Source: Octopus vulgaris (Eukaryota). Taken from it: a DNA stretch of 64,000 bases. Location of the stretch: contig OX597825.1 of assembly GCA_951406725.2 (NCBI GenBank), forward strand, positions 7,440,001-7,504,000, in the 5' to 3' direction. Of the stretch, positions 1 to 12,289 are shown one piece after another (position 1 is the stretch's first letter; each line of letters begins with the position of its first letter). The notes under the pieces are model-generated. The model searched no databases and was not told the origin of the DNA. It saw only the letters and a list, made by a program, of their open reading frames with translations. The position numbers and the translations under genes are program-made.

Positions 1-168
1 AGTGTTAACCACAAAGCAGAACTTATTCCATTTAATTCGTATGTGACACAGTTAACCGCTGTCTTATTGTTTAACAAGAGATAAAGTGTCAATGAGAGAA
101 AACAGAGATGTGGACTTAGCGTTGAAAGAGAGAGATAGAAAGAGAGAGAGAGAGTGAAAGAGTGAGAG

Positions 169-207
<39 letters not shown>

Positions 208-848
208 GTCTGGAACATTGAGAGAAGTAAATAGAATATGGTATGACAGGATTGTCTTTGAGACAAAGAAGACACGTTTACTCAAAGATAAGAACTTCAA
301 AACAAACAAAAGAGAAAAGAAAAAAAACCCGAAAAATATCTCCTCCCCATCTAAAATATCAAAGTAGAAACTTTAGAAAAGAAAAAATTGAAAATATAAA
401 CAAAAGTAATTACAGAATAGGATGAAGGAAAAAAAAATGGAGAAATGTCTTGTGGAAATGAAATGTTTAGAGACGGTGGTGAAATTCTAACATGGTGACC
501 CGCCTCTCATTGAGAATAATTTACATACTTGTAAACTAGATAGGAAAGTTGAAAGAAAAGAGCTGATACAGAATTCTACACACACACGCGAATGTATGTA
601 TATATGTATAACTTTGTCTTCTGTATATCTATGTATGTTTCAAACACACACACATAAATATTTTATTTTCTGTATATAACATATATAACGTTGTATCAAG
701 GTATTATATTGTAAATATATATGTGGGTGGTTGTGTGTATGTATATATATATATATATATATATGTACGTATGTATATATATATATATGTATATATATGT
801 ATGTATGAGTATATATATGTATATATATGTATGTAAGTGTATATATAC

Positions 849-882
<34 letters not shown>

Positions 883-1209
883 CTGCGTGTGTGCGTGTAT
901 ACACACAATAGTTAATGTCACTAGCAGTAGTATTTGTGATATGCTTAGTAGTAGTAGTAGCTTTTGGTGATTTTGAAATTGTAGTAGTTGTGCCATACGC
1001 GCTATGGTTCCCAACTGAAGTATTGATAGAGATTGCCAGTAAACTATATCCTCAACTACGACATATCATACACGATATTGGCTTTCAGCTTTGTGATGTT
1101 TAAGCTTTAAATATGGCTATCTGAGCGTTTGTCCCTTCTACGCCGGTTAATAGACTAAAGACCACTTAATAATTGGAGTCAATCCATCACCCGTATTCCC
1201 TCATAAAAA

Positions 1210-1434
1210 GGCGGCGAGCTGGCAGAATCGTTAGCACGCCGGGCGAAATGCTTAGCAGCATTTCATCTGTTTTTACGTTCAGAGTTCAAATTTCACCGAG
1301 GTCGACTTTGCCTTTCATCCTTTCGGGATCGATGAAATAAGTACCAGTTGCGCAGAGAGGTCAATGTAATGGACTATCCTCCTTCCCCAAAATTTCAGGC
1401 CTTGTGTTTATAATAAAAACGATTATTATTATTA
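1210..1434 (+). mobile_element. tRNA-derived SINE, family A (full length)
   Basis: Head GGCGGCGAGCTGGCAGAATCGTTAGC (A-box-like), B-box-like GAGTTCAAATT, body GCCTTTCATCCTTTCGGG..GATAAA..AAGTACCAG, (ATT)n tail; about ten related copies in the window. Confidence 0.9.
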
Positions 1435-1996
1435 TAGTAAGCGTTAAAATAGAATGTTTTACGCGTCAATTGAAATATTTTTCGGGATAATTCCAGAACC
1501 GTTGCTATCAAAAACTTCTCTTCTAGCATAATGTGTTTTATAATTTATGATAATCACACTTATAAGAAAATTTTGCGTTTTTCTTTCGATAAGTCCTGCA
1601 TTAGAATACATTCAGAGTTGGAAATCATTACTGATCAAAAATTAATTTGAGCTGCAGGAAAGCATAACTGTTCAAACCCCGGCACATCACCGACGCTGCT
1701 CAGAAACCATCATAAAAGCGAATACGACGTGTTAGCTCGGTTCAGTACAATAAAAACAGGTACTACTTATTGTACACGGCAATCTGCATAATTAATGAGT
1801 AATTCATTATCTACAGGTGTGTTGAGATATATCAACAGCTTTATCAAAGATAACAAATAACGTAAAATACGTCTGTAGTCACGCTAGTTATTTTAGTTAA
1901 TAGCAAATCCGGACGTGGCGCATGTCTATGTATATATGTATACATGTATGTGTGTATGCTTGAAAAGTATATTTATACACATGCACACATACACAA

Positions 1997-2100
1997 ATGC
2001 ATACATACAAACATACATACATACATACATACATACATACATACATACATACATACATACATACATACATACATGCATACATAATGCATACATACATTCA
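1997..2100. repeat. (TACA)n microsatellite
   Basis: Direct tetranucleotide run. Confidence 0.95.
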
Positions 2101-2139
2101 TACACACATATGTGTGTATATATGTACGTTTGATCTGAG

Positions 2140-2500
2140 TATGACTTTAAACTTATTCTGGTCGCGGGGTCCTGAAAAATGGATATCCAGAAGAGTGGAG
2201 CCACCCCTTAGGCACTATTCCTACCAGGTCTACACTGACCGGTGGGCAGTAGCTCTTATCAGAGTTCCAGCTAGTTTGGTGCTCTGTTTCCTACAGAAAA
2301 CTGGTCTGGAAAACAGGCTGGTGGATACAGCCACCAAAGAGATAGGCACAGCAGCTGAAACAAGAGAGAGATGACTATGGTTGATAAGAAACAACAAATG
2401 GAACCCTTCAACAGTCCGCGCTGCCTCGGTCAGGCGAAGTTTATAGATAAGGCGCGAAAATGTTGTGACCCGGTAATACCTTCTGACGATACGAAAATGT
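2140..2500 (+). mobile_element. Decayed 3' end of an RLE-type non-LTR retrotransposon (HERO-like)
   Basis: Translation LFWSRGPEK...FLQKTGLENRLVDTATKEIGTAAETRER*LWLIRNNKW resembles the C-terminal 'AAE..S.WLW..R' signature of HERO-type elements. Confidence 0.55.
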
Positions 2501-3362
2501 TTCCAGGCAGATTTGCGATGGATTTAGAAGAGCTTACAAAACCTCTGTGTAGAATTTTTTTGCGTAATAAGATAAAAGAACCAAGGGTGTGTAGATATTA
2601 GAGCATTTATAGATAGAAGGTCTTACAGTTGTTTTTAGGATATTTATTAATTATATCCCTTCATCGGAGACGGTGTGAGAGGATATTTATTAATTATATC
2701 CCATATATATATGTGTGTGTGTGTGGGGGGGGGGTATATATCATTATATATCTACATGCATACAAAAATGCACATATTTACATACACACGCATGCATACA
2801 AATGTAAATACGTATATACATAGAAGCATACGTATATACGTAACACATACACAAGCACGAACATGTTTAGAGATGTGCATATTTATATACCTTCAAAAGT
2901 ACACCTATATATATATATATATCTATACACACACACGCATATACATACATACATACATACATTCACACACGTATGAATACATACATACATACATAAATAC
3001 ATGCATATAAAAAGCTCTTTACTGTTATCATATGTTGTTTCGGGTGTGTAGTTACTGTTGCTTCAATGTTGCCCAGTCGTATGAAAATAAAATATACATG
3101 CCGTTCGCATATCACAAGTTGGTGTTGCGCAGCTGACAGGAAATGCACAATTATCCGAAAGCCAAATATGAACGCCCTCCCGAAAAAAAAAAAACGTTGC
3201 TATAATTGTGTTTACTCAAATAAGATTTGTATTAAACTGGTGTTTGTTATTACACAATCTCTTCACAAACACAACTGCTTTTAATCATTTAATAACGTTC
3301 ACCCTAGTCTCTCTCACGTTCACTTTCACATATTTTCTCTCTCTCACTCTCTCTTCCCTCTC

Positions 3363-3406
<44 letters not shown>

Positions 3407-3665
3407 AATGGGACAAGAACGCAAACATCCGGGCATTTAGGTGATACACAAGAAAGGGATAACAAAACATCCAGATAGATGTTACAAAGGAAACAAGGAC
3501 AGCTCATTCGGAGTTTTCTTTCCTCAGTCGAGTTCCGGATTATCTTTGCAATTTCGGCTAGTTATACTCGAAATTGCTCCAATCTGGCTAGCCCCAAGGA
3601 AAAACTAAGCTAAGAGTATTAGATTCTTTGGAAGAAAGACGCGAATGAATACGAAAACAAGGGCG
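3407..3665. mobile_element. Probable dispersed repeat, unclassified
   Basis: Complex block abutting (TA)n and (GA)n, with an internal 9-bp inverted repeat GCAATTTCG/CGAAATTGC (3548-3577); no second copy in the window. Confidence 0.3.
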
Positions 3666-3863
3666 AGAGAGAGAGAGAGAGAGAAAAGAGAGAGGGAGTA
3701 GTGGTACAACAAGGCACCAATGTTTACTGGAAATAGCAGTCGATAAGTTTACGATGCTATTAGTAAAGCTTCACTGACCAAGACGTGCGAGGGCAGCGAA
3801 TATAAAGAATTTCGTGTTACCTTTAGGAAGAATATTAGATAAATGGACAACCCGGAATTGGAT

Positions 3864-3936
3864 AATGCAGGACCGGTTTCTAACTCTTCAAATACGTTTG
3901 TCAACGTAAATTTGATCAGTCTTCATCAGCTGCATT
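3864..3936 (-). ncRNA. Type I hammerhead ribozyme motif with extended stem II
   Basis: Minus strand: AATGCAG-CTGATGA-[AGACT GA TCAAA TT TACGTT GACA AACGTA TTTGA AG AGTTA]-GAAA-CCG-GTC-CTGCATT; perfect 7-bp stem I, intact core, palindromic helix III (ACCGGT), GUC cleavage triplet. Confidence 0.8.
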
Positions 3937-4375
3937 TACCTAGACAATATTTGAAATGTTGCTACATCAATGCCAGTATACTCGCCTGAACGCTTAGCCA
4001 TTAACAGGACCGAGAACAGTGAAAAAGTTTTCAATGAAAAATAAAATATTGAAATACAAATGTATTACTTTCCAGTAAAATAAAGCACCGTAAACGTAGA
4101 AGTATATATAAATATATATCATAAAGGGTAAAATTAATTAATCAATTAATAATTAATACTTTTAGCAAGTAGTTCGGTTTGTTAAAAGAACCATTATAGG
4201 TAAACTTATACAAAAAATTCTATAATTATGAGCATAATTATAATTAGGGCTCAGCAAAAGTTGCTTCACCACATACCGAAATTTAGAAATAGCAGTTAAA
4301 AACTACTATTGTACTACCATAAAATATCTCCCAGACAGCAATACTCTACAACTATGCTCATAATTATAGAATTTT

Positions 4376-4426
<51 letters not shown>

Positions 4427-5010
4427 GTGTGGGTGTTAACCATGCAATTCGACAAGTAGTTTAGAAAAATAGCAAATGGACTCCATATTCTTCGACCAAT
4501 GAACATGTATGCGCGCGTGAGTGGATGTATAAGTGTAGGCATCGGACTGTAACTGTGTGAGTGTGTCTGTCCATTTAAACACACACACATACACACACGT
4601 GTGTGTATGTAGACAGATAAATAAGCATATTCCTAGCTAGAGACGCGGAAACTGGATAAGAAAATAGGAAACGTGCAAACGTGATATTATTTATTCATTT
4701 GGAAGGAGTTTTTGTTCAAATCTCATTCTTCAATTTCTGTTGATTTTCCAAACGAGGAGATGGAGACGGTGGGGGAAGTTTGAATATATAATTGTTATCC
4801 TTCGTGTTGTATATATATTTATCACAGAAGACAGGAATGTGCGAGTGAAGACGGAGAAGACCAAATTTATTTTATATTAAACACACACGAACACACAGAT
4901 AAACACAAAGAAGAACGAAAAAACAAAAACTAAAACACAGACATAAAATTATGCATACATGAATATATTAACATACATTAATATACACACATATATGCTT
5001 TCATATACGT

Positions 5011-5170
5011 TTCTTTACTACCCACAAGGGGATGAACACAGAGGGGACAAACAAGGACAGACATAGGTATTAAGTCGATTACATCGATCCTAGTGCGTAA
5101 CTGGTACTTAATTTATCGACCCCGAAAGGATGAAAGGCAAAGTCGACCTCGGCGGAATTTGAACTCAGAA
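5011..5170 (-). mobile_element. SINE family A, 5'-truncated, alternative 3' tail
   Basis: Reverse complement of the family A body (CTGGTACTTAATTTATCGACCCCGAAAGGATGAAAGGC...GAACTCAGAA). Confidence 0.85.
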
Positions 5171-5183
5171 TATATGTGTGTGT

Positions 5184-5510
5184 AAAGGTGCATGGTTGAA
5201 TGGGTAGAGCGTTGTGCTTACAACCATGAGGTGATGAGTTCGATTCCCAGACCAGGCTGTGCGTTGCGTTCTTGAGCAAGACACTTCGTTTCACATTGCT
5301 ACAGTCCACTCGTCTGTAGAAATATGCTGCGATGTCACTGGTCCCAAGCTGTATCAGCCCCTTTTGCCTTACCCTTGAATAGCACCGGTGGCATAGAGAG
5401 GGGGAGGCTGGTACGCATGGCCGTCTGCTGGCCTTCCATAAACAACCTTGTGTCCCAGAGAGGAACTATCTAAGTGCAATTCCATAACCATTCATGGCCA
5501 AAGATGGGTC
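5184..5510 (+). mobile_element. tRNA-derived SINE, family C head with CORE-like segment
   Basis: A/B-box-like head (GAGTTCGATTCCC) then TTGAGCAAGACACTT..TTTCACATTGCT.CAGTCCACTC, shared with 34660-34986. Confidence 0.75.
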
Positions 5511-5550
5511 TCTACATATGTTTCTGTGTGAGCATTTTTGCTAATGTTAA

Positions 5551-5765
5551 GGCGGCGAGCTGGCAGAATCGTTAACACGCCGGGCGAAATGCTTAGCGGT
5601 ATTTCGCCTGCAGCTACGTTCTGGGTTCAAATTCCCCTGAGGTCGAGTTTGCCTTTCATCCTTTCGGGGTCGATAAATTAAGTACCAGATGAATACAGGG
5701 GTGGATGTGATCGGCTCCCCCCCCCCACTCCACAAAATCCAGGCCTTGTGCTTATAGTAGAAAGC
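5551..5765 (+). mobile_element. SINE family A
   Basis: Colinear with 1210-1434. Confidence 0.9.
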
Positions 5766-5812
5766 AGCATCTCACCTTTGGTATAGTTCGATATGTCGTA
5801 TGTTTTACATTT

Positions 5813-6192
5813 TTCTTGTTTCAGTCATTAGACTACGGCCATGCTGGGGCACCTCCTTCAAGAAGCTTTAGTCGAACGAATCGATCCCAGAACTTTTTAA
5901 AGCTCATAACTTATTCTATGGGGTTCTTTCGCCGGATCGCTTGGTTAAAGGGACGCAAACACACCATCACTGGTTGTCAAAAAGTAGTGGGAGACAAACA
6001 CAGACACAAACACACACACACGCTCATATATATGACGGGTTTCTTTCAGTTTCCGTCTACAAAATCCACTCACAAGTCTATGGTCAGTTCAGAGGTATAG
6101 TAAAGTACATTTGCCCAAGGTGCCACGCAGTGGGACTGAACCTGAAACCATGTGGTTGGGAAGCAAGCTTCCTACCACATATCCACACCTAT
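5813..6192 (-). mobile_element. tRNA-derived SINE, family B
   Basis: Reverse complement of 11118-11575 (GTTTCCGTCTACAAAATCCACTCACAAG...TGCCCAAGGTGCCACGCAGTGGGACTGAACC). Confidence 0.88.
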
Positions 6193-6622
6193 AATGATTA
6201 TATTGAGTTGACCAATAAGGGTGAGACTTAAGTGCCACCTTTAATGGTTTCTTCTATCAGTCAACCATCCAACCGTCGGTTCGCTTGTATGAAGGATGTA
6301 GAGGAGAGGAGAGAGAAGTGAGCCTGGGACTGTTGAGTGGAGGTGGAACGGAAATTACGATCCACGTGGAACAGTGGCTATTGCAATGGCGACAGGAGAC
6401 AGTCACAGAAAGGAGACAGCAGACACATGTGTGTGTGTATCTGTGTGTGTGTGTTTGTGTGTTTGTACATACATTTATATCATCTTAATAACGTTACTGC
6501 ATACTTTACAAACATCCTCCATAGGTATCAGTCACCATACGCTATTATACGACAGGCATTCTTTTACTGGAAATCCGTTACACACCAACACACCCACACA
6601 TATACTTTAAAAAAATTCCATA

Positions 6623-6712
6623 TGTGGCTGAAGAGAGCTCTACATTTTAAAACTGATGTAATACTCTTACATTGTTTAATTAAATGAAGTAGCATGAAAC
6701 GCTTGTACTACA
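6623..6712 (+). ncRNA. Type I hammerhead ribozyme motif, long-stem-II family (copy 1, partly decayed)
   Basis: TGTGG-CTGAAGA-[about 61-nt hairpin with CATTT/AAATG, AAAC/GTTT, GATGTAA/TTACATT]-GAAA-CGCTT-GTA-CTACA; homologous to 41236-41321 (minus). Confidence 0.65.
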
Positions 6713-6741
6713 CTACCTTTGGATATCCTGTTGCTTATTTA

Positions 6742-6789
<48 letters not shown>

Positions 6790-8354
6790 GCATGTGTGTG
6801 TGTGTGTGTGTGTGTATGTATAAAGAGAGAGAGAGAGGGATACAAAGGGGGAGACAAACAGACAGACAAGTAGATAGTTAGATAAAGAGCAATTAGAGGA
6901 GAAAGTATGTGATAGAATAATATATATATATATATAAGAAATCAAATAGTATAGAGATATCTCCAATTAGCTTCCATGTCGACCATACACATTCTTCATA
7001 TAACCTAAACCGCTTCAGAAATGGCGATTTTCATTCTTTTGAAATCCAGAAAATCTATCTGTCTTGAACAGCTGCGACCATCATACAAATTATAAATTGC
7101 CCGTCCTCTATAAACACTGATCTCTCTCTAAAAACTGTGTGTCTGTGAGAGTGCACCCGTCTTTGCGGCCAGACACAAAATAAATTAATGCGTTCAAAAG
7201 GTCAGTTGGTGAAAATAATGCAATTATTAATTGCGGATATCTATTCAGTGTACACTTAGTGTTGTCACTGATAAAGAAATTACGGGAGGTGTTTGCAGGC
7301 ATTGACATCTGGAGTCGTACAGTGATAGCCGAACAGACACGTCTACAGGAGACTGAGTGAAGTGTAGTATTGCTCATATATAAGGAATTGTATACTCCGT
7401 CGAAATGAAGTGTTTGGATGATGGATAAGGAAATGAAATACAATCAGTCAGGAATGTTGAGATCAAAAATGTTTGAAGCATTTCTTCATTAAGTTTCTGA
7501 TTTAGTCTGTAATTAGTCATTTCATCTGACTAATGGGAAAAGATACAAAATATATTTGGGAAAATTACAGCCGTACAGATGCTGGTGGATTTAGCAATGA
7601 AGGAACTCATTTCTTCTCTCGTTAGAGTGACGAAAAAAATTCGTTTTTGTCTTTAATAATGGTTCTCTATTTGCTAAATTCAAATCTTATTGACATTAAC
7701 CTAGCTTTTAATCTGTCGAGATTGATAAAATGATGTACCAATCAAGAAAGTGAATTAATTGACTCAGATGTTCTTGCAAAATATCTAAGTTTGTTCAGAT
7801 AGTAAACATGAGTATTGCAGTCTAGCGTCTTATCCAGAGAAAGCGGATTAGTCTCCATTCAAAAAGAGGAAATAAATTCTTGCTCTTAGAAGTTTGTAGA
7901 CCATTTGTAATACAATTAAATAACGTAATAATCCTATGATCCACGCTAATGAGGTCTGCGACTCTTGCTGGGAAAAAGCTGATTCAAAAAGACAAAAAGA
8001 GCTTAATTAGAACAGACCGCCCCCGCTTCTTATGTAAGACAAATTTAAAGAACTCACGAAAAGCGTTAATTCTTGTGATAGACATCTAATTCCTAATAAT
8101 TTTCAGCCTCTAGCTCGTTACAAGATTAGTTGTTTTACAAATAGTCTTCTACCACTAGAAGATGCTTTTCTTCTCAAGCTCATTCTGGCATTTTGCAGCA
8201 TCTCAACCGAGTGCGATTCCCAGAATATCTACCAAACCATTTTTTTTTACTCTACAGAAAAAATAATTTTAGAATTGCTCTCCTATCAATAAACTCCTTC
8301 CGGTTATGTAGAAGAAACACACACACACACACACACACACATGAATGTATGTCT

Positions 8355-8496
8355 GATAAGGCAATGGGGTAAAAATCTTCGCCTTGCATCCACGTGGTTC
8401 CGTAGTCGACCATATAAAGTGGCACCTTAAGCACGTTCCCTCTTCCATCATTTTTAATTAATTGACCAACACCTTGGATATGGAATTCGGTAAATT

Positions 8497-8500
<4 letters not shown>
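8355..8500 (-). mobile_element. Degenerate SINE family B 5' part
   Basis: Decayed similarity to the family B head (CCACGTGGTTCC...GGCACCTTAAGCACGT); this match reads as in the plus-strand copies, so the strand call is uncertain. Confidence 0.4.
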
Positions 8501-8546
<46 letters not shown>

Positions 8547-9322
8547 TGTCTGGGGAGAGTCATTTTCTTTTTGTGCCATATAATTTAACACACTGACCGG
8601 TAAAATTTCCACGTATTTCTTATTTTTATTTTCCTAAAATTTTCGTTGCGTTTTTCAATCTTTTCAATACTTCCAGATTCGGCAAGGGATGTGGGCAGAT
8701 TTCTAAGTAAGGTATTCTAATATGATCCCTCATTGTAAGGTTCTAAATGTTTTTTTTTTTTTTAATGTCCATTACTTTTATAATCAGATCGCAAATCAGA
8801 GGTCGAATTACTGCAACTTTCGTGTCGATGGTTAGTTTTTGTTGTTGCTTTTGCTCAAAGGTAGGGAGAGACATTCAGACCAGGCACAGAAAGGATCAAT
8901 TCGGTTGCTAGACCTTTCTCCAGAATCCATTCATCATAGAATTATGGTGTCTCGTTTTTTTGACCTGAGATCGTTGGAAAATAGTGGCACATTGAAAGCA
9001 TAAGAAAGTTAGTAGCACATTGTAGTCTGTACATTTGCTGTACAATGCCGTATATTTTTATGCTCTGAACTTTCACCTTAGTTTTCCCCTCTGATTCCGC
9101 CAGTTATCAATGACAAACATGAAAAGATATCACATGAGGCAATCTCTTTGATGTATAATAGATATCAAGAAAGATATAATCCATATCCACCATGGACTGC
9201 TTCTGTTCCCTAATGCTGTTTAATAAAGTATATTTGACGATGAGAAAGCTGATGCAACGACATAAGCTACTTGGAGGATTTAGCTCTACTAAATATCACG
9301 GAAATATATATTTCCTTTCTCT

Positions 9323-9402
<80 letters not shown>

Positions 9403-9933
9403 TATCTATGTTAACTGAAAATAAAGGAAAATTAGCTTCTGTTGTTAAGATGAAATTACATTTCCATTAAATAAATTATTCCATATTTACGCACAAAGCT
9501 AGCAATTTAAAGGAAAGCGAACGAGATTGTATCTCATTGCTATTTTCTCCGAAGGGAATTCTCTATGTAAGGCAGTAAATATGCTTCACCGGGGAATCGA
9601 TTGCCAACTACTTAGCTCTTGTTTTACCCTACTCTCCATAATCTTCATCAAATATATGCCTCATATTTATTTAGACTCATCATTCATTGAGACTTCAAAA
9701 TGTATATATACATCTCAATACAGAATTTCTTACACACCCACACAGATACACGAGCAAACGCGTGCACAGAAAATGGTTTTTATTTTAGATTATCGGAACA
9801 ATTCAAACATTAATATTTATTATCACAAAGAAGTTTCGATGTAAAGAAAAATCCAGCTGAATTCAATTTCCAAACATAAGTCAAAGCCTTAATAGAAAAA
9901 CTGGGAAAAACGCTAGAAATATGTTGGTCAGAA

Positions 9934-10145
9934 TATTATTGGTTTCCAGTTTTGGTACAAAGCCAGCACTTTCGGGGGAATGGTAAGTTGATTTTGTCGA
10001 CACCAGTGCTCAGCTTCTACTTGTTTTATCGACCCAGAAAGGATGAAAAGCAAAGTGGACCTAAGTAGAATTTGAACCCAGAACGTAAAGACAGATGACA
10101 TGTGTATTTTGCCCGGCGTTCTAACGATTCTGCCAGCTCGCTGCC
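9934..10145 (-). mobile_element. SINE family A
   Basis: Reverse complement of the family A head and body. Confidence 0.85.
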
Positions 10146-10164
10146 TTTCTGACCAGAATAATAC

Positions 10165-10372
10165 AGGTTTCAAATTTTGGTGAAAGGCTAACAATTTCGC
10201 GAAGGGCGGAATATTGATTACATAATCCCAGTGATCAACTGGTACTTCTTTTATCGACCCCGAAAGCATGAAAGACAAAGTCGACCTCGGCGAAATTTGA
10301 ACCCAGAAAGTAAAGACGGACGAAAAGCCGTTTAGTATTTTGACCGGCGTGCTAAATACTCCACCAGCAGCC
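10165..10372 (-). mobile_element. SINE family A (tandem with previous copy)
   Basis: Reverse complement of family A, immediately adjacent to 9934-10145. Confidence 0.85.
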
Positions 10373-11117
10373 TTAATTTGCTCAGAGTAATATTAACAAT
10401 GATACGAGTTTTACAATTTGGTAAGGAGGATGTGCAACCAATATCGACACCATAATTTGGAATAGCAAAGTCTGGCAAACCCCAACCTTTCTGCCTATGC
10501 ACTGCTTTCATATCCTGTCTAGAGACACCCTGCTGATTACACTCACTGCTTTTCAAGATTTGTAATAACTAAAACGGTATGCTGTAGAATATTAGTTACA
10601 CGTGTTGTATTATAAAAGCAGAACATTCAACTGAGAACTTGAACTTATTTCCTCGACTCTGTAAATCTGTACCTGCAACAGCGTGGGTTTAACAGGAGCA
10701 TAAATTAGGGAAATTAATATTAAAATATTTAATAACTATTACAGCGGCAATGTGAATTAACATTCATTAGACTGAATAATTAACTGGGATCAAAAGGTAT
10801 GAGAAGGGTAACTCTTATTTAAATTTGAATAGTAGTAGTGGCGGCGGCGGCGGCGGCGGTGGTGGTGGTAGGGCGTTTGTGCGGTGGCGTGATATGCAGC
10901 GGGGGTGTAAGTCTGGCATTTAAAAGACCTGGTAATTACGGGGGGGATTTCCGAAGTAGGACGAGTTATATGAATGCGTAGCAACAACCCTGCCCCTCTT
11001 TGCACCAAAAGATAAAACAATGTTTAGGGTACAGTTTGGTTAAAGTTCTAAAGTTATGGATTCCTATAAAGACCATCAGAAATTACAAAGGATAACATCT
11101 CAGACGTGGCTGTGTAA

Positions 11118-11277
11118 GGCGCAGGCGTGGTGGTTGTGTGGTAAGAAACTTGATTCTCAACCACATGGTTCCGGGTTCAGTCCCAATACATGGCACCTTA
11201 AGGCAAGTGTCTTCTACTATAACCTTGGACAGACCAAAGCCTTGTGAGTGGATTTGGTAGACGGAAACTGAAAGAAA

Positions 11278-11364
<87 letters not shown>

Positions 11365-11575
11365 TGAGTTTGTCCCCACTATTGCTTGACAACCAGTGTT
11401 CGTGTGTTTATATCCATGTAACTTCGGCAAAAGTGACCCGTATAACAAGTACCATGCTTTAAATTAAAAAAAAGAAACAATAAGCACTGGGACGATTCGT
11501 TCGACTAAAAAATCCTTCAAGGGGGTGCCCCAGTATGGCCGCTGTCTAATGACTGAAAGAAGCAAAAGAAAAAAG
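11118..11575 (+). mobile_element. SINE family B with internal (TA)n(TG)n
   Basis: Head GGCGCAGGCGTGG.TGTGTGGTAAG, B-box-like GGGTTCAGTCCC, CORE-like CCTT..GGCAAGTGTCTT, tail ...GACTGAAA..AG.AAAAGAAAA. Confidence 0.9.
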
Positions 11576-11636
11576 ACAAAATATGTGTGTGTGAATAGTG
11601 CAAGGGCAGTTCCTTGGTATGTGTAGCACATTTTTG

Positions 11637-12285
11637 GGTGCCGGTGTAGTATGTAATCTACATACGCCATTGTGATCGACAGCAACTTAGATCTAGACTA
11701 GACTTGCTTGTGATCTACATTCGAAATTTTATTATAAATTTGCAAATGAGTGATCTTTTACAAAATAAAAAAAGTTCCAGAATTTTCACATAAAGTCAGT
11801 TTACAATTGATTTTTCTATTCAAATCAGGGTAAGGCGAAAGCATATTTCCATGGCGCACAGACCTAAATGTTTGGCATCCCCTCTTTGTGCAGTGAAAAA
11901 CAAGACGGGCGTGACCTCTTATTTTTCTTCCTTTTTCCGCCATTTCTCCTCCACATTTGCTTCATGGATCAATATTTCCATGTTCGTCAAGGGTTTCATA
12001 GCATCGAAGAAATTCTATTGCAATTTCTTCATCTTGAATAACCTGTGTGTAAAATTCTTTTGCTCTCATCACAATTTCTTTCATTAGGCCCAGAAATAAA
12101 AGTGTTTAAATCATAAAAGTTTGTTTTTTGATTTATATACCAAACCAACCGGAAGTCAATTAGATAGATAAATTTCAAATGTAGATCAGAAAGTCGGTGT
12201 AGATCACAAACTAAACCATTTGAACTAATGTAGATCAGAAGTTATACCAGAAACATGTATTTAGATCACATACTACACCGGCGCT
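11637..12285 (-). mobile_element. Non-autonomous Merlin-like (IS1016/ISXO2-related) DNA transposon with transposase N-terminal remnant
   Basis: TIRs GGTGCCGGTGTAGTATGTAATCTACATAC / GTATTTAGATCACATACTACACCGGCGCT; repeated subterminal TGATCTACA motifs; minus-strand frame from 12084: MKEIVMRAKEFYTQVIQDEEIAIEFL...P*SKCG...FHCTKRGCQTFRSVRHG...KLTL (Zn-ribbon-like). Confidence 0.72.
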
Positions 12286-12289
12286 GTGT

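Noticed and set aside
1210-1300. Possible tRNA genes at SINE heads
   Set aside because: A/B boxes only; no convincing cloverleaf, and each continues into a SINE body
3500-3580. Minus-strand CTGAGGA and GAAA suggesting a hammerhead
   Set aside because: Stem II cannot be formed in either topology
11610-11636. TAGCACATTTTTG resembling the 3' half of miR-96
   Set aside because: Seed absent, no hairpin, and it abuts a transposon end
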